Source: Lingula anatina
Lineage: Eukaryota; Animalia; Brachiopoda
Assembly: GCA_051362555.1 (NCBI GenBank)
Contig: CM120642.1
Coordinates: 12,400,001 to 12,464,000, forward strand
Direction: 5' to 3'
DNA length: 64,000 nt
Shown: positions 58,829-64,000 of the stretch, one piece after another
How positions within the stretch are numbered: position 1 is the stretch's first letter
How the letters are laid out: each line of letters starts with the position of its first letter
Translations under genes and position numbers: made by a program
Notes under the pieces: model-generated
What the model was told of the DNA's origin: nothing
The model's input: the letters and a program-made list of their open reading frames with translations, nothing else
Database searches by the model: none

Positions 58829-61800
58829 ATGTTATTTGACGAGTTTATAAAGCTGCTGGGAGAACTTGGTACCTATCAGAAGCAACGATACGCGCTTATT
58901 TGTGCGGCGTCATTTTATTCGGTCGTGTCCACCCTCTGCATTGTATTCTATGGCGCGGAACCCATTCACCATTGTAAAATACCAGAGACTCAAATGGAAC
59001 TCATGATCAGACTGTACGGGAACTTGTCAAAAGAGGATGTGTATAACCTCTCTATACCATATAGGAAAGATGGGAAACGAAGCGGTTGTCTTCTAAATCT
59101 GCTCAGTGAACGAACACCTATGATCAATGAAAGCTTGCAGAACTGGAATGAAGAGGTGTCCCATGCCGTTTCATCGTCATCAAATTATACGTATGATGAG
59201 AATGTCACTTATTCAGCATCACATCCTTGGATTGATAGAACTAGATATCTTGCCGAACCCCAGCCGTGTACAAATGGGCGTATGTACAGTCAGAAGATCT
59301 ATGGGTCCACAATAGTCTCAGAGGTACGAGCGACAATAGGCATAATGGTTATCTTTGATGTTGTAATTGGAATAAATAAAGGGGATTATTTATAATTATA
59401 TACATGAAAGGATGCCCGCTTTCTCTCTCTCAGCCACACATTCGTAAAACACACTGACATAGGGGAAACCGGGGCTAGTTGGCCCAGTTAGACACTTTTG
59501 GCCTTGTAGAGCCAACTAGGAATGAGTTAGAGTAACAAAACCGGTTTCGAAGTAAGCCCCATGAACTAAGCTACGTATGAAACGTCATTATTTTTCAAAT
59601 ATAATGCCAGATCTAGGGAATTTGACAAAAAAAAAAAAAAACGCAATTGACGCCAGGGAGGCCAACTTGCCCTGGGGCGGGGCAAGTTGGCCCCTTATAC
59701 GAAAATGAAGTAGGTGTCCCATGTAAAAGCCTTGAAATACATTTTTATACATTTTTAATTTATTAAATTGATTTTTGAGAGTCTTTGATGAATAAATAGT
59801 TCAAATGAGGCAGATTTATTGAGGTTTCCGTACGTCACGTTGTATGTGTTGGAAGAACCAAAATATCTATCAATAAAATTTGTTTTGTTTTATTTAAGAA
59901 TAAATTAACAATGGTATAAAGCAGGTTTTTAATGAATGAAAACGAATAATAAATTTTCGTTTGAAAAAAAATATCAAATTCAGTTTTAAACTGGTAATTT
60001 TTTAATAAACCATTGAGTTTGTTTCAACAATGGTCTGTAGCTCTGTTGCGCGAAAAGGATTGTGGTCAATATGAGGGTCCAACTTGCCCCGAGTCAAGGG
60101 GGCCAACTAGCCCCAGGTGCACATTTTAAATTTTAAAAGATTGTTGCCCTTTATGGTGCTAGAATGAACAACGATTATACATTTCTGTGAAACTTGAAAC
60201 AATGAGCTTCAGTTTGATGCCCTATACATATACTATATTCGATCAAAAGCTTATGAAAATAGATTTTAAAGTCTCTTTAATAAAGTTACTTTAAGATGCT
60301 AAATTCTTTCATTTGGACTCACTGCCTAAATAAAACTTCTTTACGACCGACGTTTTCTCAGCACTATTGGATACGGTTACTTTACTAAATGATGTGATCA
60401 ATTTTTTACCCCATAGTTACTTTTTCATAAATTGATGGGGGGGGGGCAACTTACCCCGGGATCCAACTAGCCCCGGTCTCCCCTAAGTGCGACTTTAAAT
60501 TGATGACATACTACAGGAACATAAGCAACTTAAGAGATTTGTACATTTTATGCCCGACGAAAAAATAATATAATAAGTTTAATTCAAAAGTGTCATTGCA
60601 GTTTGATTTGGCCTGTGAGAATGCATGGCAACTCAGCACGTGCACTTCCATCTTCTTCTCTGGTAAACTTCTGGGTGTGCTTGTGTCCGGTTTCCTGTCA
60701 GACAGGTAACATATTTTCGAATGGAACACACTTCCTAAAATAGTCATGTCGCTCTGAGAAAATGGTCTCAATAATTCACACTGCATAGCAAATGTTTTCA
60801 ATTCATTTCTTTAAACATTGCGCATATACCTTTGCTTTTACATTTTATCTATCAAATATAAACCATTTGTTTTCGCGTCATCAGTCGGAACACTTAAAAG
60901 GTATGCGGACCCTATCACTTGCTTTGAACGTCAACATTAGAAGAATATAAACCAATGACGAATGAAGAAACCGCCCCTATCAACGTGGAAAAATAATAAA
61001 GGAATCTGTAAAACTGTTCCCATTTATCCAGTCCGCTGTAGTCCGGTGGCTTAAGGAAAAAATCGTGACACGGCGGATAAAAGCATCAAATTTTGCATGT
61101 GGGTACCTTTTGACATTCTAAATCAAATTAGAGCCGTAGCCCACGGAAAAATTTTACCGTTTGGCCAAAAAATCCAAAATGGCCGCCAAATTATTGATTC
61201 TTTAGAAATATGTACATACCTATGTTGATTTTTATCAAATAAATTATTTTCTCAGAGTTTTCCACACCCTTATTACCCATTTTATTCATAAATGTCAGAT
61301 AGCAAACAAGTTCCCTTGGACTTTTTAAAAAATCCAAGATGGCTGTAAATTGCCATAGAAACAGCCATAGGAATACTAGTGCACAACTATTACCAGCTGG
61401 AACGATACGTTATCCACTATCAAATTAAGTCTGTTTCTCAGATCTTTGTTACCCACATAATATGTTTGTGGTGAGTAACTACGAGGTGTTCTTGGGAATT
61501 TTGGAAAATCCAAGATGGCTGCCATGTGCCACAGGGATTCAACTAATGGCAACTGGAAAGATTAGTTTTTCACTATCAAATTAAGCTGGTTTCTGAGTGT
61601 TTTCCACATCTTTTCTACCCACACAATATGTATGTGGTGAGTAACTAACAGTATTCTTGGGCATTTTGAGAAAATCCAAGATGGCCGTCATATGTAATAG
61701 GAATACTTCTAGTATTACAAAGGGTTGGAACTAATGCCAGCTAATTCACTATCAAATTCAGTTAATTTTTTTAGTGTTTTACACATTATTATTACACTGT

Positions 61801-63886
61801 GATACATATCTAGCAGGTAATAAATGTGCATATTTGATCATTTTGAGAAAACCCAAGATGGCCGTCACTGGCCATCGGAATACTTCTGGAATTACAACTG
61901 CACATCCATGGCTTTTCATCTACTACCAGGGTGAATTTATGTTTGCTTATCAAGTTTTGCCCATCCTTATTAGTCCTATGATATATTTTTCTGGAGGGTA
62001 AATAGTGTGCATCCTTGGATATTCTGAGAAAAAGATACCTACAATTTAACATAGGAATACTAATGGGTGGGTTTCAATTGCTGCTAGAGAGGCATATGGT
62101 TCATTATACAATTACATTTCCATGGGTTTGTTTTAAAAATAATTTATGTTTTTTATTCCATTTATTATTACCCCTATGATGTATACCTGGTCTGTAGCGT
62201 GTGTGTATATTTGGGTATTCTGAAAAAATTCAAGATGTCTGCCTTTTGTCATTAGAATATTCGAACACATAATCAAATAATGCTACACTGAGTACGATTT
62301 AAATGTAGTTAACTTTGGGTCGTTTTTAAATGTTTTTCATATCCTATTTATCCTTATGAAAGACTCTGTGTGTTTTGAAAGTGTATGTATCCTTGAGTAT
62401 TATTCGGAGCAAACCCAAGATAGCTGTCAGTTGTCATAGGAATATACCATTCAAATGCACATAGGTGTCAATTAATAGAACAGTTCAGACATTGATTCCA
62501 ACACGAAATAAAGCCGTTTGATGTTTAAACATGTTGACATCCTTATTAAGCTTACTCTTTATAAATCTGGTGTGTAGCAAGTGTGCATCTTGCGTATTTG
62601 AGAAAATTAAAGATTGCTGCAATTCACAATAGGAATAGTACAGTCAACTACTGCCAGAGAGAAATTGGGTTTAATATAAAATGAATTTTGTTTCTCGGTA
62701 TTTCCAACATTCTTTTAGAACTTTTAGATATCTATCTGGTGGGTAACAAGTTTATACCCTTAAGTATTTTGAAAAAATATCATGATTACCCTCATTTGCC
62801 TTAGAAGTGCCTAAAAAATCTAATGCACCAGTTTTCCTATGGGGAAAAGAAGGCCATCTTGGATTTCCCCAAAATGATAAAATATGGACATTAATAACCT
62901 AACAGATATGTATCATGGGATAATGATACTAAAAAAACAGAATAACGACTGTATTCAGCTTCATTTTATTTGTAAGCCTATCTCTCGCAGGTATTAACTG
63001 AACCCCACCTTCTATGGCTAATGGCAGCCATTTTGTTTTGTTTTGTTTTAAAAAAGGATACACATAACATTCTCATCACATATGTATTATGTGAATTAAA
63101 AAGATGTGGAAAATACTCAGAAACAAACCTAATTTATCAATTAATATTATATCTCCATGGCAGAAGAAGCCCTATGTGTATACTAGTATTCCTTTTATAT
63201 GGGGGCCATCTTGGATTTTTCTCGAATTGCCTGTGAATAAAGGTTAGTTACTCACCACAAATATATTATTTGTGTAATAAGAAACAAAATTATTTAGATA
63301 GTGGGCAATGCATCTTCCTGGTTGGCATTAGTTAGTTGAAAACCCTTGTACATGTCCTAGTATTCCTATGCCATACGGCGGCCATCTTGGATTTTTCAAT
63401 AAGTCCAAGGACACTAGTTTGTTATCTGACACATATGCATAATATGGGTAATAAGGATGTGGAAAACATTGAGAAAATACTTAATTTGATAAAAATCATC
63501 ATAGATATGTATATATTTCTACAAAATTTCACAAATTGGCGGCCATTTTGGATTTCTTGGCCAAACGGTAATTTTTTTCTGTGGGCTACGGCTCTAATTT
63601 GATTTAGTATGTCAAAAGGTACCCACATGCAAAATTTGGTGCTTTTATCCACTGTGTCACGATTTGGCCATTTTTTTGTCCTAAGCAACCGGACTACTGT
63701 CTATGATTCTTTTTTATGTTATTTCTTACAGATTTGGACGGAGGCCGGTGTTTTTGGGTAGTGTAATTGTCTTAGCAGTTTCAGGGATTGCACTGGCGTT
63801 TTCTCCAAACATGACGGTGTTTTGCGTTTTGTTTGTCATCCAAGGCACCAGTGACTCTTGTATGTGCATGGCACTGGTTACCCTAG
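58829..63886 (+). CDS. SLC22-family organic cation/anion transporter (MFS), first three coding exons; continues beyond window
   Basis: Exon 1 58829-59323 (FDEFIKLLGELGTYQ...HHC...TIVSE|GT), exon 2 60602-60705 (FDLACENAW...GVLVSGFLSDR, 104 bp), exon 3 63732-63886 (FGRRPVFL..., 155 bp). MFS motif A GxLSDRFGRR forms across the junction; exon sizes match the usual SLC22 layout. Confidence 0.9.
59462..60483. mobile_element. Non-autonomous TA-targeting element (probably Tc1/mariner-pogo superfamily), 1022 bp, in SLC22 intron 1
   Basis: TIRs GGGGAAACCGGGGCTAGTTGG / CCAACTAGCCCCGGTCTCCCC (20/21 match) flanked by TA; internal copies of CCAACTWGCCC near 59660-59695, 60080-60115 and 60445. Confidence 0.85.
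61039..63696. mobile_element. Academ-type non-autonomous foldback element, 2658 bp, in SLC22 intron 2
   Basis: TAGTCCGG...CCGGACTA termini, 3-bp TSD CTG (61036-61038, 63697-63699), about 340-bp imperfect TIRs and internal 160-190 bp subrepeats; TAG..CTA ends with a 3-4 bp TSD are the described Academ hallmark. Confidence 0.8.
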
Positions 63887-64000
63887 GCGAGTGAATATGC
63901 TACTTTTTAAAAGTCTTGTGAAATATACCTATTGTACCTTTAATCATGTATGTATGCATGACCTATTATAAACCGAAATTTTATACACTTTTTATTTATA

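Noticed and set aside
61170-63560. Periodic CAAGATGGC motif with divergent spacers, resembling CRISPR or an integron
   Set aside because: Spacers are mutually homologous decayed subrepeats inside a TIR/TSD-bounded element; no cas or integrase ORF.

Overview
AT-rich eukaryotic genomic DNA from an invertebrate animal. The repeat families and intron style suggest a lophotrochozoan or mollusc, but the species cannot be determined. Most ORF-track entries are spurious. Reading splice sites and translations by hand gives four spliced genes. (1) A FRMPD4/Preso-like WW-WW-PDZ-FERM scaffold gene on the minus strand; its coding exons run from 32616 off the left edge, with an alternative first coding exon at 18302-18408 and a probable non-coding first exon near 49362. 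(2) SCOC/UNC-69 on the plus strand (49792-51325), head-to-head with it. (3) COA5/PET191 on the minus strand (54144-56240), absent from the ORF track and tail-to-tail with SCOC. (4) The first three exons of an SLC22 transporter on the plus strand (58829-63886), with a probable GC-AG intron. Introns carry non-autonomous DNA transposons: a Harbinger-type MITE, an 8-bp-TSD element whose TIRs are themselves hairpins, a TA-TSD element, a 2.66-kb Academ-type foldback element, Helentron-type HINEs and a Tc1 relic. The most unusual structure is a tandem array (about 102-bp period) of duplicated splice acceptors plus half-WW exon just before the FRMPD4 WW exon. It could yield a poison isoform or a 60-aa WW-only microprotein.
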